A DNA stretch of 64,000 bases from a bacterium (GCA_043811375.1 JBDRNJ010000039.1:32001-96000), one strand, 5' to 3'. Shown: positions 37,866 to 48,004, counted from the stretch's first letter. Made by a program: numbers and translations. The notes: generated by a model from the letters alone, not told the origin.

Positions 37866-38978
37866 TCAGTCAGCCAATCGCAGGGGCATCACCAAGCAGA
37901 GAAACTCTTCCTTGCTTACCTCCGGGCTGTAGACCAGGGCTGCCGCCACCGCTGAAGAGAGTTCAAAAATAACCTCTTCACCGTCTACTTTATTCAGCAC
38001 ATCAGTGATATACGTAGCGTTGTAGCCAAGTTCAATCTCATCACCGGTGTAATCACACTCGATCATTTCTTTGCCTTCGCCACCCATATCTGCGTTGGCT
38101 GTGGATAGCGTCAGCAGGTTCTTTATTATACTGAATTTTACCTGGTGGGTGAGTGCATTGGATAGAATTGATACCCTTCGAACCGCGCCGGCCAGGTCAT
38201 TTTTAGATACCGTCATTTTTTTGTCGTTATCTGCCGGTATTACCTGCTCAAAACTCGGGTAAGGACCTTCAATAAGCCTTGAACTGAGAATAATGTCACC
38301 CATATTGAAGATAATATTGTTCTCGCCGAATATAATACCTACGTCGCTACTCTCCCCCGGCAGCAGTTTGGGAATAAGGTCCAGTACTTTGGGCGGAATT
38401 ATGACATCCTCGTGTAATCCTTTTAATTTCTTATTCTCCACCGCAAACTTTGCCAGCCGGTGACCATCAGTAGCCACCATCTGCATCTGATCGCCCTGCG
38501 TCTGCCACAACACTCCGTTCAGTGCTGGTCGTGTTTCATCATCAGAACAGGCAAAGGTCACCTTGCGGATCATCTTGACCAGGTCCGATCCGCTAATCCG
38601 GATTTCCTTCTTCGTGTTTACCGCCGGTAGTTTGGGAAAATCTTCCGCCGCCACAGTGCCGATTCGATAGGAGCCGTTCGGTATTTTTATCTCCACCCGG
38701 GAACCGCTGGTTTCAAAACTGATCTCTGTCTCCGGCAGTTCTTTGACTATATCGAAAAGGATGCGAGCCGGCATCGAAACGGATCCTTTCTTGTTTACCA
38801 CACAGTCAATAGAAGTAGAGATCGATATATCAAGGTCCGTCGCGGAAAGCTTGATCTTATTCTCCAGCGCTTCAATTAGAATGTTCGTCAGGATTGGCAG
38901 TGTTGACTTAGTTGGTACTACCTGCAGAATATACTGCATGTACCCACTGAGCTTGGATTTTGGTACGGAGAATTTCAT
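37866..38978 (-). CDS. dnaN: DNA polymerase III beta clamp
   Basis: PILTNILI, ATDL, RPALNGV, VATDGHRLA, RLIEG.YP, LVMPLR. Confidence 0.97.
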   Translation of the reverse strand: MKFSVPKSKLSGYMQYILQVVPTKSTLPILTNILIEALENKIKLSATDLDISISTSIDCVVNKKGSVSMPARILFDIVKELPETEISFETSGSRVEIKIPNGSYRIGTVAAEDFPKLPAVNTKKEIRISGSDLVKMIRKVTFACSDDETRPALNGVLWQTQGDQMQMVATDGHRLAKFAVENKKLKGLHEDVIIPPKVLDLIPKLLPGESSDVGIIFGENNIIFNMGDIILSSRLIEGPYPSFEQVIPADNDKKMTVSKNDLAGAVRRVSILSNALTHQVKFSIIKNLLTLSTANADMGGEGKEMIECDYTGDEIELGYNATYITDVLNKVDGEEVIFELSSAVAAALVYSPEVSKEEFLCLVMPLRLAD

Positions 38979-39261
38979 CGATATTTTCCTCTATTAGATT
39001 ATTTTTCCACAACTAATTATAACTATTCAGTATCTTTATATATATAATTTAATTAATATAGGCTCTGGATATGTTTATATTTATGCCGCCACTACAACAT
39101 AACATTGCTTTGACTTTAATACCAATGGTTTAATCCGGCTTATTATTTAGAGTCTTTTCCCCTTACACGGTAATAACCTGTGAACAACCAATCTGGTTTG
39201 ACGACAACCTGATGATACACAGAACTTCCAATTTCTACACACATTAGTTATTCACAACTGT
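38979..39261. other. oriC, dnaA-dnaN segment with AT-rich unwinding element
   Basis: DnaA boxes TTTTCCACA (39003), TTGTTCACA (minus, 39179-39187), TTCTACACA (39233), TTATTCACA (39248); very AT-rich 39012-39060. Confidence 0.85.
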
Positions 39262-40632
39262 CTAATAAAGTAAAGACGCTGAAAGTTGGTCAATCTTTGT
39301 TCGGAAAGTTGGATCAGTAGCCATCCTTTTTGTAATCAGATCGCAGGCATGAATTACCGTGGAATGATCACGTCCTCCAAAGGCGGCGCCGATAACTTTC
39401 AGGGAACTGTCGGTCAGGCATCGGGAGAGGTACATAGCAGCCTGTCGCGCCAGCGCTATATGAGATGTTTTTTTCTTGGCTTGCATCATTTCAATCTCGA
39501 TATGGAAAAACTCCGCGGCTTTTTCCTGAATTGTTTTGATCGTCACTTCCCGACGCTGTAGCGTAAGGTTATCCACGAGCACTTTGTGGGCCAGTTCCGC
39601 ATCAACGGGGACCCCTTTAAGTGAAGCATAGGCCAACAGTCGAATCAGAGCACCCTCCAGTTCCCGAATGTTGGTAGAGATTCTGTCGGCAATCAGTCGC
39701 ACCACCTCTCCAGGTACACTGATGCCCTCAGATTCCAGCTTTTTCTGCAGGATGGCCATACGATTTTCCAAATCCGGTGCCTGCAGATCTGTTACCAGGC
39801 CCCAGGAGAAACGGGACAACAGGCGAGCCTCCAGCCCCTTGATCTCCTTCGGGGGGCGATCTGAAGTCAGAATAATCTGTTTACCCAGATGGTGAAGAGT
39901 ATTAAAAGTATGAAAAAACTGCTCCTGCGTTGACTCCTTGCCGGTGAAGAACTGGATATCGTCGATAATCAGCACGTCGACATTGCGGTACATCCGGGTA
40001 AAATCAGGTATTGAACGGTCGGAGATGGCGGCTATGAAGTCAGAGGTGAATTTTTCAGAAGTGGCATAAATTACTCTTTTGGAGGGAAAGGTGGCCAGAA
40101 TGGTATTACCGATAGCCTGAACAATGTGTGTTTTCCCCAGCCCCGTACCGCCATAAATCAGTAGCGGATTATACTTGGAAAGTCCGTGAGCCTCCGCAAC
40201 CGCCATTGAAGCGGCGCAGGCAAATTCATTAAAACCACCCACCACCAGCGAGTCAAAATCATACTTGGCATTGAGATTACACTGGCTGGACAACCTCCCG
40301 GCTTCGGAACTATTGGTCGGCGTAGCAGATAAACTTTCCAGATTGAGAAATTCCTGCTCCTCGGAATGGCTATTACTGCCGGCCAGGTAAACCACGTTGT
40401 ATTGGTGCCCCAGCGCCTCAGTGAAGGCTTCATCAATGAGGTCACCAAAGTGGCTGTCAATCCAATCAGCTACGAACTGGTTGGGAACGGTAATAGTAAA
40501 CTCTCCATCACCGTTTACTTTGCCTTTCGTTGGCTTGAACCAGGTGTTAAACGACTGTTCCGTCAGTCGACGCGAAATGTACAACAGACAGTCTTTCCAT
40601 TCCGGCGAGTTGGTAGTTTCTGGTGTATTCAT
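39262..40632 (-). CDS. dnaA: chromosomal replication initiator DnaA
   Basis: YNPLLIYGGTGLGKTH, LIIDDIQF, TQEQFFHTFN, NIRELEGAL, GGRDHSTVIHA. Confidence 0.98.
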   Translation of the reverse strand: MNTPETTNSPEWKDCLLYISRRLTEQSFNTWFKPTKGKVNGDGEFTITVPNQFVADWIDSHFGDLIDEAFTEALGHQYNVVYLAGSNSHSEEQEFLNLESLSATPTNSSEAGRLSSQCNLNAKYDFDSLVVGGFNEFACAASMAVAEAHGLSKYNPLLIYGGTGLGKTHIVQAIGNTILATFPSKRVIYATSEKFTSDFIAAISDRSIPDFTRMYRNVDVLIIDDIQFFTGKESTQEQFFHTFNTLHHLGKQIILTSDRPPKEIKGLEARLLSRFSWGLVTDLQAPDLENRMAILQKKLESEGISVPGEVVRLIADRISTNIRELEGALIRLLAYASLKGVPVDAELAHKVLVDNLTLQRREVTIKTIQEKAAEFFHIEIEMMQAKKKTSHIALARQAAMYLSRCLTDSSLKVIGAAFGGRDHSTVIHACDLITKRMATDPTFRTKIDQLSASLLY

Positions 40633-40719
40633 CAAAATTCCCCTGCTAAGTTATGAACCGGGCTGCTCGACAGCCACCAGTGTGTCATTTGTCCCTACTC
40701 TCTTAATCCAAAGGGGGCA

Positions 40720-40860
40720 GCAATCCACCACCCACAAGTTATCAACAAATTACAGCAATGAAGTAAAAGCTAACCCAAACCATAACAAGTGACTAAGAAG
40801 CTCCCCGCGTCACCTGCCAACAACTTACTAACATTATAGTAATCAACAGCTTTCACACAC
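40720..40860. promoter_or_regulatory. cluster of degenerate DnaA boxes upstream of dnaA
   Basis: TTATCAACA (40739), TTACTAACA (40825), TAATCAACA (40840), TTTCACACA (40851). Confidence 0.55.
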
Positions 40861-41040
40861 TTAGATAGACCCGATCGAAGCCTCAGTCAAGGCGGCTCCG
40901 GTATTTATTTCCTCATTTTCTGAAGTGATTACATCAAGCGTTGTTAGGCCGACATATTATCGGCATAGCCCGGGCCGACACTGGTGTGTAGGTGGTCTGT
41001 TTATATTAGCCGATGAATGAAGAGTATCTTTGGCAAAGGT

Positions 41041-42108
41041 TTATCGGCCCGGCATATTTTCGATAGCCTGAGCGAGGTTTTCAAACAGGGCAATTTCTTG
41101 CGCGGTGCCTTCCACAGAGACAGGGTGCCCGGTGTCGGCGCCTTCGCGTATGGATGTCATCAGCGGCAGCTCGGCCAGAAGAGGTACGCCAAGGCGCTGA
41201 GCCAATTGTTTGCCGCCATCTTTGCCGAAGATATAGTCTTTTTGGCCATTGTTGTCGTAGTAAGACATGTTCTCCACCACGCCGATAACTTTAAGTTTTG
41301 TTTTCTCCGCCAGCTTGGCCACCCGGCCGGCCACGTTAGTGGCTGCGACCTGGGGGGTGGTTACCACCAGCAGTTCGGCGGAAGGGATTGCCTGGGCGAT
41401 AGTCAGGGTAACATCACCGGTTCCCGGCGGCAGATCCAGAAACAAGTAGTCCAGGTCGTTGTCCCACATAACGTCACTAAGAAATTGGCTGACAGCCTTG
41501 TGTAACAATGGACCACGCCATATCACCGGCTCGTCCACTGAGACGAAAAAGCCCATCGATATGACCTGCATATTGTCGGTTGAGCGCAACGGAACCAACT
41601 TGTCGTCGATAGCGGTCGGTTTACCTGTAATGCCCAACATACCGGGGATAGAGAAACCGTAAACATCGGCATCAAGTAGACCGACCTTACGGCCGAGGTG
41701 AGCAAGGGAAGCGGCGAGATTGGCCGTGACGGTCGATTTGCCGACGCCGCCCTTGCCGGATGAAACGGCAATAAACCGTTTGGCGAAGTTGCTTACCGTA
41801 GCTGACGGCTGAGAGCCTTTTTGAGCATGACCGAGTTTCTCACGCAGTCGCTGGCGTTGCTGTTCGGTCATAACGTCGAATTCCACCTTTACGGAATCGA
41901 CCCCTTCCAGACTTTTTACCCCATCTGTGATATCGTCGACAATTTTCGCTTTCAGTGGGCAGCCGGGTACGGTCAGGGTGATACCGACGGTCACTTCACT
42001 GCCGTTGATGTTGACGAACTTGACCATATCCAGTTCGGTCAGCGGCCTTCTCAATTCGGGATCATTAATCCCGCTGAGGACATCCATCACAGCTTGCTCA
42101 GTAACCAT
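41041..42108 (-). CDS. mrp: Mrp/ApbC/NBP35 Fe-S cluster carrier ATPase with N-terminal DUF59-type domain
   Basis: DPEL, LTVPGCPL, SGKGGVGKSTV, DADVYG, IWRGP, DLPPGTGD, VTTPQ, GVVENMS. Confidence 0.93.
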   Translation of the reverse strand: MVTEQAVMDVLSGINDPELRRPLTELDMVKFVNINGSEVTVGITLTVPGCPLKAKIVDDITDGVKSLEGVDSVKVEFDVMTEQQRQRLREKLGHAQKGSQPSATVSNFAKRFIAVSSGKGGVGKSTVTANLAASLAHLGRKVGLLDADVYGFSIPGMLGITGKPTAIDDKLVPLRSTDNMQVISMGFFVSVDEPVIWRGPLLHKAVSQFLSDVMWDNDLDYLFLDLPPGTGDVTLTIAQAIPSAELLVVTTPQVAATNVAGRVAKLAEKTKLKVIGVVENMSYYDNNGQKDYIFGKDGGKQLAQRLGVPLLAELPLMTSIREGADTGHPVSVEGTAQEIALFENLAQAIENMPGR

Positions 42109-42183
42109 ATCTCCTCTTTCCGTTCGGGTCTTACTTACTCACAACAGACTTGCCTGATCAATGTTCCCGGTGCGACAGCCAGT

Positions 42184-44448
42184 CTACATCCCTTTGTACG
42201 GGTTCGGTCCCACCGTTTCAATCACCTCCAGGAAATCATCCAATATCTTGGGTATCCGGTCATAATCCGTTATTGACAACTCGTGTACCTGGACCCGATC
42301 CTCCTCCAAGACTAGTTGTTTCAGCTTCTCGCGGACATTATCCATCCGGTATTCGGCCAGTTCACTACCTTTGACAAAATGGCATTGATAGTCATCACCT
42401 GATCGGCATCCCAATAATATAACCCCGTCGAAACCTGAGGCCAGGGCATCGCTGATCCAAACCGTATTGATCGATCCCAGGCAACGCAGCGGGATCATAC
42501 GGACCATGGCATTGTACTTAAGCCGTTTGAATCCGGCCATATCAACCGCGGGGAGAGCATCATTTTCGCAGACAAAGCACAGGATGCGGGGTTTTTCATC
42601 GAATTCATCCGGGATATGGATACTCTTAATCATCTGCGAGATCATGTTGATACTGAAGTTCTTGAAAGAAACAATGCGCTCCGGGCAGGCACCCAAGCAG
42701 ATGCCGCAGCGACGGCAGCGGAACGGATTGGGCAGAGGCGTCCCTTTGTCGTCCTCGTCCAGGGCACCAAAGGGACATTCCTCGGTACAGCGCTTGCACT
42801 GGGTACAGCGCTGCATGAAAAAGTCCGGGAAAGAGAGATCACCGGCTCGCGGGTGCACGGCAGCCCCTCTGGCGATTGATTCAACCGCCTGTATGGCTTT
42901 CAGGGCTGCCCCCCAGGCATCGTTGGCGGCGGTGCTCAGGTCCATCGGCATCCGCACGGCCCCTGCCGCATACATGCCGGTGCGTCGGGTTTCATAGGGG
43001 AAACAGATGAAGTGTGAATCAGGGAAACCGTATTTCAGCGTGGGCAGATCGGTACCCAGGCGGTAGGCCAGGTTCAGGATTTTGGCGCCTTTCTCAGCGC
43101 TTTCGGCCTCTTTTTTGCCGTCGGCGGTTTGCCCGTCTGGGACCGCTTCTTCCGTTGCCGGGGTCTCGCCTTCCGGCTGGGCGTCAGGTCCGGCCTCAAC
43201 TTCATCATCTTCGTCGACCTTGGTGGTCGGCACCATACCGGTGGCCAGTACCACCATCTCGGCATTGATAGTCACATCTTCGCCCAGCAGTGTCTCTTCG
43301 ACCCGGATGGCCAGTTTGCCGTCGGCCGCCTTGCTGACGCCGGCGAGCTCACCTTTGGTCAGGAAAAGGGCGTCGTCGTCCTGGGCGTGAGCGTAGAAAC
43401 GCTCGTACTGAGCCGGCGACCGCAAGTCCTTGTATATAATATAAACTTTGGTGTCCGGGCTGTACTCCCGGATATACATCGCCTGCTTCAGCGATACCCG
43501 GCAGCAGACAGCCGAACAGTAAGGCAGATGTTCCTCATCGCGCGAACCGGCGCACTGGATAAAAGCCACGCTGGCGGGTGCTTTACCGTCGGAGGGTCGC
43601 TTGATTTCACCGGCGGCGGCCATTTCTTCCATCTGGATGTTGGTAATGACATCAGGCGAGACGCCGAAACCCCATTTGCCGAGCTTCTGGGGATCGTAAG
43701 GTTTCCAGCCGGTCGCCTGGACAATGGAACCGACGGTTATCATATGGCCGCTATTGCCGTTTTGCAGGGTTACTTCCAGCTTGCCCGGTTGTCCTGCTGT
43801 TTTAGCCACGAATGTTGACTTATGGACAGTGATGCCGGAGTCATTTTCGACTTCCTGGGCCAGTTGCGCATATCCGGAATCTTCCAGTTCCCGATACGGC
43901 GGTCGTTTGGGGAAGACTTTGCGGAACTTGGTGGCCCAGCCACCGAGTTGTGCTTCCTTTTCAATCAGGTGCACTTTGTAGCCGGCCGCAGCGGCTGATT
44001 TGGCGGCCGTCATGCCGGTGATACCGCCCCCGACCACCATGATATCTTTGCTGGTTTCTTCAGTGTACGGCTCCGGCGGTTCGCTGTTTTGCAACCTGGT
44101 GATGCCCATACTGATATGATCTTCGGCCAGCATCTGGGTGTCTTCGTCGTTGGGTTCATGGCACCAGGCGACGTGTTCGCGCAGATTGGCCCGGTCGGTA
44201 AGAATCTCAGGACCGAAATCAAACAGTTCCGGGAATACTCTCAGTGAGCAGCCGGCCACCACCACCCGGTTGAGTTCTTCACTCTTGATATCTCCCCTGA
44301 TGAGATCAACACCCTCCGGGGAGCACAGGATGTCATGGGCCTTGCACACGGCCACTTTGGCGGAGGCATCGGTCACTAACTTGTCGATATCGATCGAAGA
44401 CCCGATCTCACAGCCTTTACAGATATATACACCAACTTTTGTATCCAT
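42184..44448 (-). CDS. qmoB: QmoB (HdrA-like flavoprotein with ferredoxin and MvhD-like domains)
   Basis: VGGGITG, CAGSRD..HLPYCS.VCC, GFPDSHFICFPYETRRTG.Y, CTQCKRCTEECPFG, CENDA, DDYQCHFVKGSEL, GPNPYKG. Confidence 0.92.
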   Translation of the reverse strand: MDTKVGVYICKGCEIGSSIDIDKLVTDASAKVAVCKAHDILCSPEGVDLIRGDIKSEELNRVVVAGCSLRVFPELFDFGPEILTDRANLREHVAWCHEPNDEDTQMLAEDHISMGITRLQNSEPPEPYTEETSKDIMVVGGGITGMTAAKSAAAAGYKVHLIEKEAQLGGWATKFRKVFPKRPPYRELEDSGYAQLAQEVENDSGITVHKSTFVAKTAGQPGKLEVTLQNGNSGHMITVGSIVQATGWKPYDPQKLGKWGFGVSPDVITNIQMEEMAAAGEIKRPSDGKAPASVAFIQCAGSRDEEHLPYCSAVCCRVSLKQAMYIREYSPDTKVYIIYKDLRSPAQYERFYAHAQDDDALFLTKGELAGVSKAADGKLAIRVEETLLGEDVTINAEMVVLATGMVPTTKVDEDDEVEAGPDAQPEGETPATEEAVPDGQTADGKKEAESAEKGAKILNLAYRLGTDLPTLKYGFPDSHFICFPYETRRTGMYAAGAVRMPMDLSTAANDAWGAALKAIQAVESIARGAAVHPRAGDLSFPDFFMQRCTQCKRCTEECPFGALDEDDKGTPLPNPFRCRRCGICLGACPERIVSFKNFSINMISQMIKSIHIPDEFDEKPRILCFVCENDALPAVDMAGFKRLKYNAMVRMIPLRCLGSINTVWISDALASGFDGVILLGCRSGDDYQCHFVKGSELAEYRMDNVREKLKQLVLEEDRVQVHELSITDYDRIPKILDDFLEVIETVGPNPYKGM

Positions 44449-44451
44449 CAC

Positions 44452-45723
44452 TTATCTCCTTGCCCCGGCGGTTACTGCTTTCAGGGCGGCTCCGGTGGCG
44501 TCCTGAATGGAGGCTGAAACATCGACCGGTCTCACTACGGTGCCCGCACCAATAAGACCGTCCGTCGGTTCGGACACCATGAATCCGAAATCATCTCGAG
44601 TCGTCTCCACCGGCGGTGGCTCATCGGCGGTGTTGGGCACCATGCCGGTCGCCAGTATGGCCAGATCGACCTCGGTTTCGGTGATCTTGCCGGTCAGCGT
44701 GTTTTCGGCGTGCAGGACCGGGTTGCCGTTGTTGTCAACGATTTTAGCCACCTTGCCGCGGTGGAAATGCATCTTCTCGTCCTGTTGCATTTTCACGTAG
44801 AAGTCTTCCCAGCGTCCGGGTGAACGGACATCTATATAGAACAAGTGGATTTCCGCATCCGGGTACTGCTCGCGCACGTAAGTGGCCTGTTTCATGGAGG
44901 CCATGCAGCAGATAGTTGAGCAATAGGGCAGGTGGTTGTCGTCGCGGGAACCGGCGCACTGCACAAAACCAACGCTCTTCAATTCCTTACCGTCCGACGG
45001 GCGCTGGATTTTACCCTCGGTGGGGCCGTTATGTGACGCCAGCCGCTCCATCATGACGTTGGTGATGACGTTCGGTACGCTGCCGAAGCCGAGATTTTCG
45101 ATTTTGGCGGCATCGTACGGTTTCCAACCGGTGGCCCAGACAATAGCGCCGACTTTGGCGGTGATCGTCTGTGGCTGCATGTCAAGATCGATGGCACCAT
45201 ACTGGCAGGCCTCGGCGCATTTTTTCATAAGCTCATCGGCGGCGTATTGTGGATCAACGACATAGCGACAGGGGTAAGCCATCAAGTGCGGCAGATAGAT
45301 CGCTTTGGTCTTGTCCATGCCGTAGTTGAAATCGTTATCGCGTTCGATTTCGCAGACCTTGGCGCAGTCGCCGCAGGCGGTGCATTTTTCATTGACGAAA
45401 CGGGGGCTAAGCTTGATCGTCACTTCGTAATTACCGGCCGAACCGGAGATTTTCTCCACCTCGGCCAGCGTCATCACCCGGATATGCGGGTTGATGCGAA
45501 TCCTCTTGAGATTGATTTCGATACCGCAACTCGGCGGGCAGAGCTTGGGGAAATACTGGTTCATTGAGGCCACCCGCCCCCCCAGCGAGGGCTGGCGTTC
45601 CAGCAGAATCACCTGCCGGCCGATCTCGGCTGTCTCTATAGCGGTGGTGATACCGGCGACACCGCCGCCCACCACCAGGGTATCGGCTTTGATTTCGCTC
45701 GGGACCGGTTCAATTTCGGCCAT
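44452..45723 (-). CDS. qmoA: QmoA (HdrA-like flavoprotein)
   Basis: VVGGGVAG, YFPKLCPPSCG.EIN, VWATGWKPYDA, TNVMMERLA, CAGSRD, QDATGAALKA; directly precedes qmoB. Confidence 0.92.
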   Translation of the reverse strand: MAEIEPVPSEIKADTLVVGGGVAGITTAIETAEIGRQVILLERQPSLGGRVASMNQYFPKLCPPSCGIEINLKRIRINPHIRVMTLAEVEKISGSAGNYEVTIKLSPRFVNEKCTACGDCAKVCEIERDNDFNYGMDKTKAIYLPHLMAYPCRYVVDPQYAADELMKKCAEACQYGAIDLDMQPQTITAKVGAIVWATGWKPYDAAKIENLGFGSVPNVITNVMMERLASHNGPTEGKIQRPSDGKELKSVGFVQCAGSRDDNHLPYCSTICCMASMKQATYVREQYPDAEIHLFYIDVRSPGRWEDFYVKMQQDEKMHFHRGKVAKIVDNNGNPVLHAENTLTGKITETEVDLAILATGMVPNTADEPPPVETTRDDFGFMVSEPTDGLIGAGTVVRPVDVSASIQDATGAALKAVTAGARR

Positions 45724-45795
45724 GTCAAACTCCTTACGATATTCCTGCCCGCGCTACGGCGGACCGCATTATTTCCGTTATCGACTGCGATAACT

Positions 45796-45813
45796 TTGCG
45801 AAAAATTTCACAA
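45796..45813. promoter_or_regulatory. Rex/HcpR-like operator upstream of qmoA
   Basis: TTGCGAA-AAAT-TTCACAA, 1 mismatch to TTGTGAA-N4-TTCACAA. Confidence 0.65.
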
Positions 45814-45866
45814 AGGTATTCAAATTAACAGGCAGCGATCACGCTGCCTGTTCACAGTCAGCCCGC

Positions 45867-45895
45867 AAATAAAACGCCACCGGCGATGTTGTCAA
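45867..45895 (-). promoter_or_regulatory. putative sigma-70 promoter of qmoAB-mrp
   Basis: Minus strand TTGACA followed 16-17 nt later by TTTATT/TTATTT. Confidence 0.4.
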
Positions 45896-46150
45896 GGGGA
45901 ATGTAAGGGGGGGGCAGTAAAGCTGCTTCTGTTGCCGGTGGCCGGCATTAGCAGGGTGTTGAAAAAGTATTCTATTATCCTCAATTACCAACACAATCGC
46001 CACCCCCGTAAAAGGGCCGGTTGTTAAGGTAAGCGCACGAGGATGTACCCACTACGAAACTTAAAGCAGCATCACTACCTTCCCCACTTGCCCACCGCCA
46101 TCCGCCAGCCTTATCTTCCCTCATAATGCTGCAAACCTCGATTCAGAACT

Positions 46151-47848
46151 ATGAGTAACCGCAACCCGTCATCCCTCGCCCGTCGTCACTGGGGGCTGGT
46201 GATACCTGTTCTGGCGCTGGGGATCTATCTATACAACGCTTACCCGGAGCCGGGGTGGATCGATTCCGGCGAGTTGGCGGCAGTGGCCCACACTCTCGGT
46301 GTGGCGCACCCGCCGGGATGTCCGCTCTACGTGCTGATTGCGCGCTGTTTCGTGGCATTGATTCCGGGGTCGTTTTTCCCGCTGACTCTGCTCTCGGCGC
46401 TGGCGGTCTCGGCCGGGCTGGCGTTTTTGCTGTACCTGCCGCCGTTTCGCCGGACAAACGCCGATCGTTTTGCCGGGGCGGCAATCGTATTGGCACTGGC
46501 ACTGGCGCCATCGGTCTGGAAACAGGCCACTATTAATGAAGTCTACGCCCTGCAATTCGGCCTGCTTTGCCTGTTTATTTACTGCTGGTGGCAGGTTGAC
46601 TCGTGGCGTCGGCTGCCGCTTTTGGCCTACTTAGCCGGGCTGTCGTTTGCCGTACACCAGACGGCTATCTTTCTGATTCCCTTTCTGTTGGAAGCAATAT
46701 GGGACCGGCGGCGAAAACTGAGTGCCTGGCTGAGCCTGATCGGTTTCGGCCTGCTGGGAACCACACCGTATGCCTACATGCCGATTCGCTTTGCTGTCGG
46801 CCCGGTTCTTAACTGGGGCGGTACGCACCGCTGGGATGCCTTCTGGCGACATGTCACCGGTTGGCAGTACGCAAATTACGCCGGAATCGAAAGCTGGGAG
46901 GTATTCAAACTCTGCCTGAAGGACCTGGGCGGCTGGTTGTGGGCATGTTTCCCGGCAGCTTTGCTGCCGTTGGCGGTGATTGGATTATTTGGTCTTGCTA
47001 TGGACAGGAAAAAGAGGCGACGCCTCCGGATCATGCTGGCCGGTTTTGCGGCTGCTATTCTGTTCGGGCTCAATTTTGCCAGCGAGGACGTGGAAGCGTT
47101 TTACTTGCTGGCGTTCATAATGATAGCCGTCTGGGTGGGTTACGGTATTGTATTGCTGGCGAGTCGATACGGCAAAACAGGTCAGGCAACGGCTGTCCTG
47201 GCCGTGTTGTCGGTGCTGATACTGCTGCCATCCCATTTTACACAACTGAATCGGCGTGATTTCCGTCTGGCCACCAACTGGGTCAGGGACGCCGCCGAGA
47301 CAATTCCCACCGGCGGGATAATACTGACGGCCGAATGGGACCACTACTCGCCATGGCTTTACCTTCGCTTTGTCGAGGGATGGCGCAAGGATCTGTTTCT
47401 GCTGGATACGGAACTTCTGCGGCGGTCGTGGTTTCCCGATTTTGTCCGCCAGGCGGCTCCGCAGCGCTATGCCCGGGCCAAAGTGGCCCTCGAAGTATTA
47501 AGATCGCAGATTGATCTGTTTGAATCCGGGCAATCATTTGATACCGCCACCATCGAACAGGCCTATGCCGACGCCATCTACCGGTTGTCTCTGGGGCAGG
47601 CGGGACCGGTTTTTATCGACTGGACCTTCCAGCGGCATTACCTGCGCGGGGCGCATGAAGTACCCTGGGGATTGATTCCACGCGCTTTCCGGCATGATGA
47701 GGCGATAGCATCGCCTCCTGTCTGGCCCGCATACCGCAATGACACGGCCCAGGCTTTCGATGACCAACGCTCCCGGCGGCAGTTGGAGGGTTATCGTCGC
47801 GCCCGGCAGATATGGCAGGCTTACCTGGTGCGGCTGCGTCAGCAGTGA
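46151..47848 (+). CDS. DUF2723 / TMEM260-like membrane glycosyltransferase
   Basis: DSGEL...AHTLGVAHPPGCPLY, W.QA.I.EVY.L, Y.Y.PIR, LNWG; many TM segments. Confidence 0.85.
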   Translation: MSNRNPSSLARRHWGLVIPVLALGIYLYNAYPEPGWIDSGELAAVAHTLGVAHPPGCPLYVLIARCFVALIPGSFFPLTLLSALAVSAGLAFLLYLPPFRRTNADRFAGAAIVLALALAPSVWKQATINEVYALQFGLLCLFIYCWWQVDSWRRLPLLAYLAGLSFAVHQTAIFLIPFLLEAIWDRRRKLSAWLSLIGFGLLGTTPYAYMPIRFAVGPVLNWGGTHRWDAFWRHVTGWQYANYAGIESWEVFKLCLKDLGGWLWACFPAALLPLAVIGLFGLAMDRKKRRRLRIMLAGFAAAILFGLNFASEDVEAFYLLAFIMIAVWVGYGIVLLASRYGKTGQATAVLAVLSVLILLPSHFTQLNRRDFRLATNWVRDAAETIPTGGIILTAEWDHYSPWLYLRFVEGWRKDLFLLDTELLRRSWFPDFVRQAAPQRYARAKVALEVLRSQIDLFESGQSFDTATIEQAYADAIYRLSLGQAGPVFIDWTFQRHYLRGAHEVPWGLIPRAFRHDEAIASPPVWPAYRNDTAQAFDDQRSRRQLEGYRRARQIWQAYLVRLRQQ

Positions 47849-48004
47849 GGGGCGCGCCCCTGTAATGATCGTCGGTGCCCACACTTAACACACAACTTTG
47901 AAAAAAGGTTATTGACAGGACCCACAACCGCCATGTTATCTTGTGGTAGATGCCTGAGAAGCATTAATCATAAACCAAGAACTTAGAACTGGAAGGGAAC
48001 GGAA

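Noticed and set aside
42184..45723. Generic heterodisulfide reductase HdrA genes
   Set aside because: Qmo-specific motifs (YFPKLCPP, DSHFICFPYETRRTG, C-terminal MvhD-like domain) and the short-then-long order favour qmoA/qmoB.
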